Assembly (NCBI GenBank): GCA_034667725.1
Contig: JAXDQS010000003.1
Span: 128,001 to 192,000 of the forward strand
Length of the DNA stretch: 64,000 nucleotides
Source: Thermoplasmata archaeon
GTDB lineage: Archaea > Thermoplasmatota > E2 > JACPAO01 > JAHFTW01
Direction of reading: 5' to 3'
Shown: positions 1 to 9,990 of the stretch, piece after piece
Position numbering within the stretch: position 1 is the first letter of the stretch
Layout: every line of letters starts with the position of its first letter
The notes under the pieces: model-generated
Databases searched by the model: none
What the model was told of the DNA's origin: nothing
The model's input: the letters and a program-made list of their open reading frames with translations, nothing else
Position numbers and translations under genes: made by a program

Positions 1-235
1 CGAACCACGCCGGCGCCACCATGGCGACGCCGGGCCGCGCGCCCAACTGGACGTGCGCGTCCTCCATGCGCTGGTGGATGCGCAGCACGCCGTCCGCGCC
101 GAGCGCCGCGATGCGGTCGGGCACGTCGCCGTCGGGAAGCGGGCACGCCGGCGGGCCGCCCAGGCTGGCCCACATCAGGCCGCTCAGGATGGCGACCGCG
201 GCGGCGGCCTTGGCGACAGCAAGCATTTCTCCCAT
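1..235 (-). CDS. Hypothetical protein, N-terminal part (runs off window)
   Basis: ATG at 235, just downstream of the E1 alpha stop; reads MGEMLAVAKAAAAVAILSGLMW... (hydrophobic N-terminus) with no stop before position 1. Confidence 0.5.
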   Translation of the reverse strand, partial: MGEMLAVAKAAAAVAILSGLMWASLGGPPACPLPDGDVPDRIAALGADGVLRIHQRMEDAHVQLGARPGVAMVAPAWF

Positions 236-245
236 GGCGATCCGC

Positions 246-1388
246 TCAGTGGGCCTTCGGCGGCCACTCGTACAGGCCGCGCTCGACCTCGGAGCGCAGC
301 TGGCGGGCCTGGTCCTTCAGGAGGTCGGGGACAGCCTCGTAGACGTCGTAGAACATCGACTCTGGCTCGGGCAGGCTGGCCGCCTCGGCCTCCTTGATGG
401 CGACGTCCACCTCGCGGTCGATCTCGAGCTGGAGCTGCTCCTCCCACTTGGCGCTCCACACCTTGCGGGCCTTGAGGTGGCGCCGGAAAATCTCGACCGG
501 GTCGCGCTTGAGCCACTTCTGGAACGTCGCCTCGTCGCGGTAGCGGGTCGGGTCGTCGCTGCTGGAATGCGGGACGATGCGGTAGGTGAGCGCCTCGATG
601 AGGGTGGGGCCCTCGCCCTTGCGCGCCCGCTCGACGGCCTCGGACACTGCCTGATGGACCGCGAGGATGTCGTTGCCGTCCACCAGGACGCCGGGCATCC
701 CGTAGGCGACAGCCTTCTCGGCGTACGTGCGCGTGGCCGTCTGCTTGTCGTGCTGCACCGAAATGGCGAACTGGTTGTTCTGGCAGACGAAGACCACCGG
801 CGACTTGGTGACCGCCGCGAAGTTGAGCGCGCTGTGGAAGTCGTTCTCGCTGGTGGCGCCGTCGCCCAGGAACCCGATGGCCACCTGGTCCGTGCCCTTC
901 AGCTTCATGCCATAGGCGGCGCCCGCGGCGTGCGGCAACTGGGTCGCGATGACCGAGGACCACGACACATGGTTGATTGAGCGGTCCATGTAATGGCACG
1001 GCATCTGCCGGCCCTTCTGCAGGTCGTGGTCGTTGCCGATGCACTGCGCCGCGTAGTGACTGAGCCTGAGGCCACGGTAGAGCGCCGCCGACCCTTCCCG
1101 CAACGCCGGGAACAGCCAATCGTCCGGACGCAACGCCATCGCGGTCCCGATCGGCGTCGCCTCCTGCCCCGTGCAAGCCCCGTAGAACCCGATCCGGCCT
1201 TGGCGCTGCATGTTGCTCAACTTGACGTCGAGCGCGCGCACCAACAACATCGTGCGGAACGCCTTCTTCAACGACTCCGCCGGCAGCCGCGGCGCCTCGA
1301 CGCCCTCCACGCCCTCGCCGTCGCCGAGGATGCGCAGCATGGGAAGCTCAGGGGCCTTGGGGTTCACGACGCCCAGGGGAACGGCCAC
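246..1388 (-). CDS. 2-oxoacid (pyruvate/branched-chain) dehydrogenase E1 alpha subunit
   Basis: QRQGRIGFY, TPP-binding GDGATSE...QNNQFAIS, PHSSSDDP loop; TTTTATC box ~24 bp upstream. Confidence 0.93.
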   Translation of the reverse strand: MAVPLGVVNPKAPELPMLRILGDGEGVEGVEAPRLPAESLKKAFRTMLLVRALDVKLSNMQRQGRIGFYGACTGQEATPIGTAMALRPDDWLFPALREGSAALYRGLRLSHYAAQCIGNDHDLQKGRQMPCHYMDRSINHVSWSSVIATQLPHAAGAAYGMKLKGTDQVAIGFLGDGATSENDFHSALNFAAVTKSPVVFVCQNNQFAISVQHDKQTATRTYAEKAVAYGMPGVLVDGNDILAVHQAVSEAVERARKGEGPTLIEALTYRIVPHSSSDDPTRYRDEATFQKWLKRDPVEIFRRHLKARKVWSAKWEEQLQLEIDREVDVAIKEAEAASLPEPESMFYDVYEAVPDLLKDQARQLRSEVERGLYEWPPKAH

Positions 1389-1436
1389 GCCGCGGGGAGC
1401 CCGGAGGGCCGATAAAAGGCAAGTCCCAAGGGCCAG

Positions 1437-2765
1437 TCAGATGGGGGACTGGCCAAGCGAGAGGCCCACGCGGTAACGACTGTCCGCAGAATAGACCACG
1501 ATGGAGGACTCCCGGTCGCAGGGCGGGAGGTTCTCTTCGGCCATCACCAGGAAGCCGCCGTCGGTGCGCGCGCCCGCCTCGGCCGTCGCGTGGACCAGGC
1601 TGCCGCGCAGGTAGCGCAGGGTGGCGATGTAGCGCACCTCCTCGGGCGCGGTGCCGCAGGTCCGCGGCAGCAGGCCGGCCAACAGGTCTGCCGGCACCAC
1701 GGCGGCGACCGTGGCCGGCTGCGGATTTGCGAACGTGCCGGTCTTGACGCTGAGTACGGGCGGCCCGGCAAGCGGTTCCGGCAGCGGGCCGGACGTCGTG
1801 ACGAACTCGATCCAGTCATGCCCGTCGGCGTCCACGATGCGCAGGTCCCATTGCGACTCCCAGAAGGGGGCCCGGACGAACTGGATGAGGTCGAAAGCCC
1901 ATTTGGGGTGCGCCTGGAGGAACGCGGCCACGTCGGGGTGGGTCCGCCCGCGCTCCATCGCCTCCAGAAGGGTGCTCTCCTCGCGCCCCGGATCCAGGGG
2001 TGGCACCTCGCCAAAGCCGGCCGTCACCGCCGCGACCGGCTCCAGCAGGCCCGGCGACAGCGGCGGCATTTGCCATGGGCCGTCGCCTTGGCTGGCCTCG
2101 GTGCGATTCCAGACGCCGACAAAGAGGGGCCAGACAATGCCTGTCCGGCACGAGGGCGCGGGGCACGCGAAGGAGACCTCCAGCCGGACGGGGAAGGGAC
2201 TGGCGTCCAAGGTGTAGGCCAGCGTGGTCGTGGAGCCCGTGTCGTCCGTCTGATGGAACGCGAGGCGGACCGTGTCGCCGACCTTGGCTTCCAGGACTTG
2301 GCTGCGCCACGCGGCGACCGGCGTGCCTGCGGGGAGCCGGGTCTCCATGGGAACGTCCAGCAGCAGCATCGGCAGCAGCACCAGCTCCGTCGTCATGAGA
2401 CGGACACGCCCAGGGTTCTGCATGACGACCAGCTCAGCGGCGGTGCCGGCCAGGACCGGGACATGATACGCCACCGGGGCGCCCCCTTGCCACCAGACCG
2501 CCGAATCGCTAAGGTTGCCGGACGGTCGGACCGTCGAGCGGGCAAACTCGGCCCCAAGCGGCGCGTAGGCATCCGGGCCGTCTTCCTGGAACGTCATGGC
2601 TGTTCCCGATGGGGCTTGGTAGGTGGCAGTCCAGCCCTCCTGCAACGACCCTCGGGCCTCGGCCCACGACGCCGGCGACGGACTGTCGGGCGGCGTGCTG
2701 CATCCCGCCAGCACGAGCGCCACGGCAAGGAGCGCGAGGACGGCAGCGTCAGAACGGCACGCCAT
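1437..2765 (-). CDS. Hypothetical lipoprotein
   Basis: Signal peptide with lipobox LVLAGC|S from ATG 2765; start overlaps the end of the upstream ORF. Confidence 0.65.
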   Translation of the reverse strand: MACRSDAAVLALLAVALVLAGCSTPPDSPSPASWAEARGSLQEGWTATYQAPSGTAMTFQEDGPDAYAPLGAEFARSTVRPSGNLSDSAVWWQGGAPVAYHVPVLAGTAAELVVMQNPGRVRLMTTELVLLPMLLLDVPMETRLPAGTPVAAWRSQVLEAKVGDTVRLAFHQTDDTGSTTTLAYTLDASPFPVRLEVSFACPAPSCRTGIVWPLFVGVWNRTEASQGDGPWQMPPLSPGLLEPVAAVTAGFGEVPPLDPGREESTLLEAMERGRTHPDVAAFLQAHPKWAFDLIQFVRAPFWESQWDLRIVDADGHDWIEFVTTSGPLPEPLAGPPVLSVKTGTFANPQPATVAAVVPADLLAGLLPRTCGTAPEEVRYIATLRYLRGSLVHATAEAGARTDGGFLVMAEENLPPCDRESSIVVYSADSRYRVGLSLGQSPI

Positions 2766-3396
2766 ACATCTCCGCGTGGACCGGGACGAGGCCGGGTCCG
2801 AGGCCGTCGAACTCTCCCTTCCAGATGATCGGGGCATTGGAGGGAATGGCTTCCCAATGGGCATGGCCTGAGGCTTGGAGCTTGCCGAAGGTGAGGCTGG
2901 CGGTCAAAGTGTCATACGACGGCGCGGTGTCGGCCCAGAGTTGGCTCGGCACATACCCAACATCCGCTTCTTCCAAGGACTGGTACAGCAGGACCGTGCA
3001 GAAGCAGTGGCTGTCCTGGTAGCTCCAGGCCGTGCTGGTGCCCACGTAGCCCCACTTGTAGCCGTAGTAGGCCACCTCGTTCGCGGCGTCGCGGTCCGTG
3101 CACTTCCAGATTTCCACGTGGTAGGAAAATTCGCCCGGTTCAAGGCGGGACGTCGGCGCGTCGCCGTGGCCGGGCAAACCTGGGGCCATTGCCACGACGC
3201 CAGTCATCTCGTGGGTCGCAGTGTAGACTTGCTTCCATTCGTCGTCGCCGTCATCGCACAGGTCCGGTGTTGGAACGGCGTCGATGCAGAGCAGGTCTCC
3301 CACGCAAATCGCTGTGGCAGGGCTGGCAAGCCCAGCACCGGCCATCGTGAGGAGCACCAGGGCCGCAGCAATGAAGCGGAAACCCCGATGTTGCAT
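2749..3396 (-). CDS. Hypothetical secreted Cys-containing protein
   Basis: MQHRGFRFIAAALVLLTMAGAGLASPATA signal peptide; CTTATC box ~26 bp upstream. Confidence 0.65.
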   Translation of the reverse strand: MQHRGFRFIAAALVLLTMAGAGLASPATAICVGDLLCIDAVPTPDLCDDGDDEWKQVYTATHEMTGVVAMAPGLPGHGDAPTSRLEPGEFSYHVEIWKCTDRDAANEVAYYGYKWGYVGTSTAWSYQDSHCFCTVLLYQSLEEADVGYVPSQLWADTAPSYDTLTASLTFGKLQASGHAHWEAIPSNAPIIWKGEFDGLGPGLVPVHAEMYGVPF

Positions 3397-3459
3397 AAGT
3401 CCGGCACCCGGCCTTTGCGCGATAAGCCTATTCTTGCCGATGGCGTGGGCGCTTCCTTC

Positions 3460-4248
3460 ATGCCAAGCGACCGCCGCCTCGTGCGTTGGGCCCTCTTGGG
3501 CTGCCTCCTCTACTTGGCCACCACCCTGCTCGTCGTCTTCGGCCTCGCGGACGGCCTCGACCTTGCCATCGACCGCGTGGTGTACCGCGTCTTTGGCGAC
3601 GATTTCGAGAGTGCCTGGAACCTGCTGTCGTTGCCGGGCGGGGTCCAGATGTCGGTCGCGGCGGCTGCCTTCGGGGCCTTCGTCGCGTGGGTGGCCGGCT
3701 CCCCGCGCCGCGCCGTCGTCATCCTGGTGGCGGCCCTTGCCGGCGGCCTGCTGGTGGACGGCCTCAAGACCCTCCACGAACGCCCCTACCCGCACCATGA
3801 CCTGCCGACCTTCACGCTCGCGGACGGCGAGGTGGCGTTCCTGGGCTACCGGGGCGTCCAGGTGCTGCCCGCCAACGTGACGGACCCTTACGACCGCGAC
3901 CAGTGGCAGGAGCCCAACATCACCATCCGGCCCGCCGACCTGTCGCGGTTTCCGACGAGCCCCGCCAATGCCTACCCGAGCGGCCACACCATCGGCGCCG
4001 CCGTGTCCTGGGGCGTCGCCCTCCTGTTGGCGACCATGGCGGTGCAGCGGGCCTGGACGCCCGACCGGCGCGCCGTCGCCGCCGTCCTGCTGCTTGCCGT
4101 CGTCGTCGGCGTCGACCGCGTCGTCGTCCGCAGCCACTGGGTGACCGACGTGGTGGCGGCGTGGGGCCTCGGCGTCGCCCTCGTCGTGGCGGCACTGCTT
4201 GCCGACCGGGCGCTCAAGGACCGTTGGCCCGACCGCATCGCCGCCTGA
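3460..4248 (+). CDS. PAP2-family membrane phosphatase
   Basis: Motifs KTLHERP, YPSGH, RVVVRSHWVTDV; several TM helices. Confidence 0.88.
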   Translation: MPSDRRLVRWALLGCLLYLATTLLVVFGLADGLDLAIDRVVYRVFGDDFESAWNLLSLPGGVQMSVAAAAFGAFVAWVAGSPRRAVVILVAALAGGLLVDGLKTLHERPYPHHDLPTFTLADGEVAFLGYRGVQVLPANVTDPYDRDQWQEPNITIRPADLSRFPTSPANAYPSGHTIGAAVSWGVALLLATMAVQRAWTPDRRAVAAVLLLAVVVGVDRVVVRSHWVTDVVAAWGLGVALVVAALLADRALKDRWPDRIAA

Positions 4249-4294
4249 CCGGCCGGCGGCGGCAAGCCTTCAAGCCCCGCTCCGATGCTCCTCC

Positions 4295-4528
4295 ATGCCC
4301 GGCCATCCGATCCCCCCGGACCTCGCCTCGGCCCTCAAACGCAACGCCGCCGCCCGCAAGCACTTCGACGCCCTCCCCGGCAAGCGGCGCGAGCGCTTCG
4401 TCACCTACCTCGACGAGGCCAAGCGCCCCGCCACCCGTGCCCGCCGATTGCGCGGCGAGATCCTCCAGCTCAAGGCCGGCAAGTCCCATCCGCGCTGCAA
4501 CTGGAGCAAGGCCGAGTCGCTCGGGTAG
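4295..4528 (+). CDS. YdeI/OmpD-associated family small protein
   Basis: IPPDLASAL...FDAL...EAKRPATRARR pattern. Confidence 0.75.
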   Translation: MPGHPIPPDLASALKRNAAARKHFDALPGKRRERFVTYLDEAKRPATRARRLRGEILQLKAGKSHPRCNWSKAESLG

Positions 4529-4556
4529 AATCCCAAGGGCCTTGACCAAGCACCCG

Positions 4557-5444
4557 ATGGTCCCCAGCGTGCCCCGGCCCGCCCCCGCCACCACCGCCAT
4601 CCTGGTGGATGGCGACAACGTCCCGCCCTCGGTGCTGGCCGACCTGCTGGACCACGTCTCCGGCCCCAGCGAGCGCCGCGTGTTCCGCAACTGGCGCAGC
4701 ACCCGCGACGCCAAGGCGTGGGACGACGCCTCCAAGCGGCTTGCCTTCGAGCGCGTCGACCGCTACCGCACCACCTCCGGCAAGAACGGCAGCGACATCG
4801 CCGTCGCGGTCGCCGCCATGGACTTCCTGCACGACGGGGTCGCGCGCTTCGTCATCGTCTCCGGCGACACTGACTTCACGCCCCTGGTCGAGCGCCTGCG
4901 CCGCGGCGGCGCCCACGTGACGGTGGCCGGCCACAAGGCCGTCGGCGGCCTGCTTGCCGACGTCGCCGACGTCTACATCCCCTGGTCCGCGCTCGGCACG
5001 GCCAAGAAGGCCGCGCCGGCGCCGCGCAAGCGGGCCGCAGCACCCGCGCCCAGGCCGGCCAAGGCGGCCGCGCCGCGCAAGCGCGCGGCGCCGCCCGCCC
5101 GCTCGGCTGCGCCGCCGGCGGCGCGCCCGGCCCCGCCGGCGGCGCGGCCGCTGCCGCCGGCCCGGCAGGCGGCGCCGCCGCCCGCCAACCGCCTCGTGGA
5201 GGTCCTCAAGGACGCCTACAACGTGGCGATGACCGACGGCGAGGTCGACGCCGAGGGCTGGGTCGCGGTGGACCGGCTCGGCATGGTGGCGCGCACCGTC
5301 GAGGCCGACTTCTCGCCGGGCAAGTACGGGCTGCCGAAGCGGGCGAGCCTGAGCAAGGTCCTGCAAGGGCTGCCCGGGTTCGAGGTGGACTCGCGCGGCC
5401 GGCGCGGCAACTCGGTGCAGTACCGGGTCCGGCTGCGGCGGTGA
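4557..5444 (+). CDS. NYN (LabA-like PIN) domain protein with Ala/Pro/Lys linker and C-terminal OST-HTH/LOTUS-like domain
   Basis: ILVDGDNV, GKNGSDI, IVSGDTDFTPLV motifs; C-terminal DFSPGKYG...LSKVL. Confidence 0.85.
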   Translation: MVPSVPRPAPATTAILVDGDNVPPSVLADLLDHVSGPSERRVFRNWRSTRDAKAWDDASKRLAFERVDRYRTTSGKNGSDIAVAVAAMDFLHDGVARFVIVSGDTDFTPLVERLRRGGAHVTVAGHKAVGGLLADVADVYIPWSALGTAKKAAPAPRKRAAAPAPRPAKAAAPRKRAAPPARSAAPPAARPAPPAARPLPPARQAAPPPANRLVEVLKDAYNVAMTDGEVDAEGWVAVDRLGMVARTVEADFSPGKYGLPKRASLSKVLQGLPGFEVDSRGRRGNSVQYRVRLRR

Positions 5445-6298
5445 CGGCGGTGCGCACCGTCCCCTTCGGCGGCAGCCGCGACCAGGTGAGCGTCATCGGC
5501 CAAGGCACCTGGCAGGTCCGCGACGCCAAGAACGCCAAGCAGGCCATCGAGGAAGGGCTGCGGCTCGGCCTGACCCACATCGACACGGCGGAGCTGTACG
5601 AGCGCAACTCCAGGTCCGAGACGATGCTGGGCGAGCTCCTGTCCCGCCCCGACCGCGACGGCAAGGGCACGATGCGCGACCACGTCTTCCTCGCGAGCAA
5701 GGTGATGCCCCAGCACGCCGACCGCCGCGGCACCGTGTCCGCCTGCAAGGACTCGCTCGTCCATCTCCAGACCGACCGCCTCGACCTCTACTACCTGCAT
5801 TGGCCGGGCCGCCACCCCGTCGCCGACACCATGGCCGCGATGGGGGACCTGGTGGACCTCGGCTGGATCCGCCACGTCGGCGTGTCCAACTTCGACGTGG
5901 CCCAACTGGAGGAGGCCCGCGCCGCGCTGGGCCCGCGCCGCCTCGCCGCCAACCAGGTGCTCTACCATCTGGCCGACCGCGGCGCCGAGTCCGAGGTCGT
6001 CCCCTGGTGCAAGGCGCACGGCGTCACGGTCGTGGCCTACTCCCCGTTCGGGCAAGGCAGCTTCGTGCACGGCCCCGGCCTGCGCGCACTGGAGGCGGTC
6101 GCCAAGCGCGAAGGATTGACGGCGCGGCAGGCGGCCCTGGCGTTCCTGACCCGCGACCCGGCGGTGGTCGCCATCCCGAAGGCGGAGACCGTGCCGCACG
6201 TGCGCGACAACGCCAAGGGCGACGCCCGCCTCTCCGAGGAGTCCGTCGCCGCCATCGACGCCGCCTTCCCAACCGAGCCGGGGCTGCGCACGGTCTAG
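5441..6298 (+). CDS. Aldo/keto reductase
   Basis: IGQGTW, HIDTAELY, DLYYLHWP, VGVSNF, AYSP, AIPK. Confidence 0.93.
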   Translation: MTAVRTVPFGGSRDQVSVIGQGTWQVRDAKNAKQAIEEGLRLGLTHIDTAELYERNSRSETMLGELLSRPDRDGKGTMRDHVFLASKVMPQHADRRGTVSACKDSLVHLQTDRLDLYYLHWPGRHPVADTMAAMGDLVDLGWIRHVGVSNFDVAQLEEARAALGPRRLAANQVLYHLADRGAESEVVPWCKAHGVTVVAYSPFGQGSFVHGPGLRALEAVAKREGLTARQAALAFLTRDPAVVAIPKAETVPHVRDNAKGDARLSEESVAAIDAAFPTEPGLRTV

Positions 6299-6332
6299 CC
6301 TTTTCCGCTGCCCCTCCTTCGCGGCCCTGCCC

Positions 6333-7001
6333 ATGCTCAAGGTGGCGCCCTCCATCCTGTCCGCCGACTTCGGCCGCCTGCGCGACGAGGTCCAGGCCAT
6401 CGAGAAGGCCGGCGCCGACTGGCTGCATTTCGACGTGATGGACGGCCGCTTCGTGCCCAACCTGACCATCGGCGCCCCCGTCCTGAAGAGCCTCCGCCCG
6501 CACACTCGCCTGCTGGTGGACTGCCACCTCATGGTCGTCGAGCCCGAGAAGCTGGTGCCCGACTTCGCCGCCGCCGGCGCCGACTCCATCACGGTCCACG
6601 CCGAGGCCTGCCCCCACCTGCACCGCAACCTCCAGCAGATCAAGGGGCTCGGCAAGCGCGCCGGCGTCAGCCTCAACCCCAGCACCCACGAGTCCATCCT
6701 GGAGTACGTCATCAAGGACGTCGACCTGGTGCTGGTCATGTCGGTGAACCCGGGCTTCGGCGGCCAGGCGTTCATCGAGGCCGTCGTGCCGAAGATCCGC
6801 CGCATCGCCGAGATGGCCAAGGCGGCCGGCCGCGAGGCGCCGCTGGAGATCCAGGTGGACGGCGGCATCAACGGCGACACCGCGCGCACGGTGGAGCGGG
6901 CCGGCGCGACCTGCGCGGTGGCGGGGTCGTTCGTGTTCGGCGCCAAGGACTACGCCGCGGCCATCCAGGCGGTGCGCGGCACGCAACGCAGGCTGGGCTG
7001 A
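6333..7001 (+). CDS. rpe: Ribulose-phosphate 3-epimerase
   Basis: APSILSADF, HFDVMDGRFVPN, MSVNPGFGGQ, VDGGI. Confidence 0.97.
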   Translation: MLKVAPSILSADFGRLRDEVQAIEKAGADWLHFDVMDGRFVPNLTIGAPVLKSLRPHTRLLVDCHLMVVEPEKLVPDFAAAGADSITVHAEACPHLHRNLQQIKGLGKRAGVSLNPSTHESILEYVIKDVDLVLVMSVNPGFGGQAFIEAVVPKIRRIAEMAKAAGREAPLEIQVDGGINGDTARTVERAGATCAVAGSFVFGAKDYAAAIQAVRGTQRRLG

Positions 7002-7102
7002 CGCCGGGTCGAGGCTTCGACGGACGTCCCAACGTTTCTTCCTGTTGGCTACGACGACGCCACCACGAACCTTTTCAACCCTGGACCGCGGTGCTTCTCC
7101 CG

Positions 7103-8752
7103 ATGAGGCTCGGCGCGGTGCTTGGATTGGCGGCCCTCCTGCTGCTTGCGGCCCCCGCGTCCGCCGCGCCCGCCGACATGGCCGGCTCCGCGGCCCTTCC
7201 CTTCCAGTTCACGGGCGACCACCGCGCCCAAGGCAGCGGCGAATACCTGGTCACGGGCAACGCCGGCCTCCTGGAGATGGAGCTCCTGGGCGACGGCGGC
7301 ACCGCGATGCGGGTGCAGCACCGCGCCTTCGGCCTCGACTCGTCGGACCCCGAGGCCCAGGTGCTCTGGCACCAGCGCGTCGACCGCCTGCCGCTCCCGC
7401 TGGCCGGCGCCAAGGTCGCCCTCGCCGGGCGCGACCCGGCCTTCCAGCTCCTCGCCACCGGCACCGGCGACCTGGCCGCCACCACCGGCGACCTGCTCTT
7501 GGGCACCCTGGCCCAGGACCGCGTCGTCGACGCCGAGGCCGTCCCGCCAGTCTCCCTCACCCTCTCCGACGGCACCCCCGCCTTCTCGCAGGCCATCCCC
7601 GCCGGCCGGTTCGCCGCCCGCAGCGCCGCCGGCACGCTGACCCTCGACGGCGCCCTCCAGCTGTTCGTCTCCGGCGCCACCCTGCGCTACACCGCCCCCG
7701 ACGGCAGCGTCCTCGACATCCCCGCCGGCTTCCGCACCGAGCGCCGCCAAGGCAGCGTCTACAACCCGCTCGACGGCACCTGGATGGGCCCCGGCAGCCA
7801 CGACGAATACATCCAGGAGTACCTCGTGGTCGAGGGCGCCGGCCGCCTCGTGGCCCGCCACGCCCACCAGGCCGCCACCTTCCACCTCGCCGCCCCCCAG
7901 ATGCAGGTCACCGGCACCGCCACCCTGCCCGCCATGCAGGGCACCGTCACCGTCCACGACGCCGAGGGCGACGTCGTCCACACGCTTGCCGGCCAACGGC
8001 TCGAGCTCGAAGGCCGCGTCACGCTGCGCGCCACCGAGGCCGCCGGCGACCGCGCCGACGTGCGCGGCTCCGGCGACGTCGTCCGGGTCGCCTACGGCGC
8101 CGTCGCGGCCGCCTACGACTGGACGACCGCCATCACGGCCGTCGGCATCGGCGCCGTCGTGCTCGCGGCCCTCGGCTGGGTCGCCGTGCAAGGCAAGGCC
8201 CTCCTCGGCCTCGGCGGCGCCGGCGGCCTCGTGGCCGGCTACGCCCGGGTCGCGGGCGACGACGTGCTGGAGCACGCCGGCCGCAGCGAGGTGTACGAGC
8301 GCGTCAAGGCCTACCCGGGCGTCAGCTTCGTGCAGCTCCAGGAGGCGCTCGGCATGGGCGCCTCGACCCTGAACTACCACCTGCGCGTGCTGGAGAAGAA
8401 CACCTACATCACGCCGGTGCGCGACGGCCGCTACCTCCGCTTCTTCGACCGCCGCAGCGGCCACTACTCCCAGAACCGCAAGTTCGCCGTGAGCGCCCTT
8501 CGGAACCCGACGACGGCCGCCATGGCCCGCCACATCCGCGAGCACCCGGGCGTCAGCCAAAGCGACCTCGCGCAGGCCTTCGAGGTCACCCCGAGCACCG
8601 TCTGCTGGCACATGGCCCGTCTCGCCGGCGCCGGCCTGGTGCAGAAGCAGCGCGACGCCCAACGCACCCGCTACTTCGTCGGCGAGGGCTGGGCCCAGCT
8701 TCCGGCCGACGAGCAGGCCCGCCAGGCCGTGCAGGTCCCCGTCCTCGCGTAG
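7103..8752 (+). CDS. Membrane-anchored protein: signal peptide, large extracellular domain, TM helix, tandem C-terminal winged-HTH domains
   Basis: N-terminal signal; TM AITAVGIGAVVLAALGWV; wHTH motifs PGVSFVQL...STLNYHLRVL and HPGVSQSDLA...STVCWHMARL. Confidence 0.8.
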   Translation: MRLGAVLGLAALLLLAAPASAAPADMAGSAALPFQFTGDHRAQGSGEYLVTGNAGLLEMELLGDGGTAMRVQHRAFGLDSSDPEAQVLWHQRVDRLPLPLAGAKVALAGRDPAFQLLATGTGDLAATTGDLLLGTLAQDRVVDAEAVPPVSLTLSDGTPAFSQAIPAGRFAARSAAGTLTLDGALQLFVSGATLRYTAPDGSVLDIPAGFRTERRQGSVYNPLDGTWMGPGSHDEYIQEYLVVEGAGRLVARHAHQAATFHLAAPQMQVTGTATLPAMQGTVTVHDAEGDVVHTLAGQRLELEGRVTLRATEAAGDRADVRGSGDVVRVAYGAVAAAYDWTTAITAVGIGAVVLAALGWVAVQGKALLGLGGAGGLVAGYARVAGDDVLEHAGRSEVYERVKAYPGVSFVQLQEALGMGASTLNYHLRVLEKNTYITPVRDGRYLRFFDRRSGHYSQNRKFAVSALRNPTTAAMARHIREHPGVSQSDLAQAFEVTPSTVCWHMARLAGAGLVQKQRDAQRTRYFVGEGWAQLPADEQARQAVQVPVLA

Positions 8753-8753
8753 G

Positions 8754-9254
8754 TCACAGGATCCTCCGCGCCAGCCACCCCACGCCGAGCGCCGCCAGCG
8801 ACGCGAGGGCGCCCACGGCCAGCATCTCGACCCCCAAGGCCACGGGGCGCCGGCCCGGCATGAAGTGGCTCCGCGCCGCCCCCACGCCGAACAGCGCCGC
8901 TCCCGTGAGGCCGACCGCCCACGGCCATGGGTCGCCCGGCAGGAAGAACGCCGACAGCGGCACCGCGCCCACGATGGCGAAGGCGGCGAAGGTGGCGGCG
9001 GCGTGCCGCATCGGACTCCCGACGCCCGGCTCCTTGCCGGCCTGCTCCTTCTCGCTGCGGATCGCCATGTAGCTGCTGGCCGCCATCGAGATGCCGTCCG
9101 CCACCAGGTTGGCGAGGCCCAGGATCAGGATGATGTGCGTGCCCAGGTCGGCGCCGGCCGCGCCCGCCGCGATGGCGAACGTGGTCACCGCGCCGTCGAG
9201 GGCGCCATAGACCAGGTCGCTCAGGTAGTGTCCGATGCCCGTGGCCGGCCGCAT
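8754..9254 (-). CDS. VIT1/CCC1 family metal transporter
   Basis: VYGALDGAVTTF, GLANLVADGISMA. Confidence 0.9.
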   Translation of the reverse strand: MRPATGIGHYLSDLVYGALDGAVTTFAIAAGAAGADLGTHIILILGLANLVADGISMAASSYMAIRSEKEQAGKEPGVGSPMRHAAATFAAFAIVGAVPLSAFFLPGDPWPWAVGLTGAALFGVGAARSHFMPGRRPVALGVEMLAVGALASLAALGVGWLARRIL

Positions 9255-9308
9255 GGGTCCATCGGCAGGCAGAGGCGGGCGTGGAATGAAGGTTCTGGAG
9301 GCGGCGGG

Positions 9309-9956
9309 CTACGAGAACGTCTCGGACGAGAGCGCCAGGTGGGCCGTGTCGTTGAGGCGCTCGACCCGCACCGACTCCTCGTCCACGGCGAGCACCGAGA
9401 TGCTGGCGTTGCTCTGGGGGAACTCCTCCAAACGGGTGAGGCCGGCGCCGGTGAGGGTGGCGATGAGGACGCGGTTGATGCGGCCGTGGGCCACGACGGC
9501 GACGTCGGCGGTGGCGGCCTGCCTGCGCACCCGCTCGGCGAACGGCCGGATGCGGTGCTGGGCGACCCGGGCGGACTCGCCGCCGGGGAACGGCTCGTCC
9601 AAGAAGCCGAGCTTCCAGGCGTCGAGGACCTGCGCCATCTCGGGCGCCACGTCGTCGTAGCTCCGCCCGGCCAGCAGGCCGTAGTCCATCTCGTACAGCT
9701 CGGGGACCACCTGGACCGCGAGGCTGCCGGCGATGCTGCTGGCGTGGCCGCGCATCACGGCCTCAGCGGTCTGCCGGGCCCGGGCCAGCGGGCTGGAGTA
9801 GAGCGCCTGGATGGGGTGGCGCGCCATCGCCTCCGCGACGCTGGCCGCCTGCAGCAACCCCCGCTCCGACAGCTGCGTGTCGATGCGCGGCCCCTGGAGG
9901 ATGCGGTCGTGGTTGGCAGGGGTCTCCCCGTGGCGGACGATGAACAGGAGGCCCAT
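9309..9956 (-). CDS. Histidine phosphatase (phosphoglycerate mutase-like) family protein
   Basis: IVRHGET, YSSPLARARQTA, PGGES, VAHG. Confidence 0.92.
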   Translation of the reverse strand: MGLLFIVRHGETPANHDRILQGPRIDTQLSERGLLQAASVAEAMARHPIQALYSSPLARARQTAEAVMRGHASSIAGSLAVQVVPELYEMDYGLLAGRSYDDVAPEMAQVLDAWKLGFLDEPFPGGESARVAQHRIRPFAERVRRQAATADVAVVAHGRINRVLIATLTGAGLTRLEEFPQSNASISVLAVDEESVRVERLNDTAHLALSSETFS

Positions 9957-9990
9957 GATGGTTCCAATGGGACGGCCCAAGGCATAAGCC

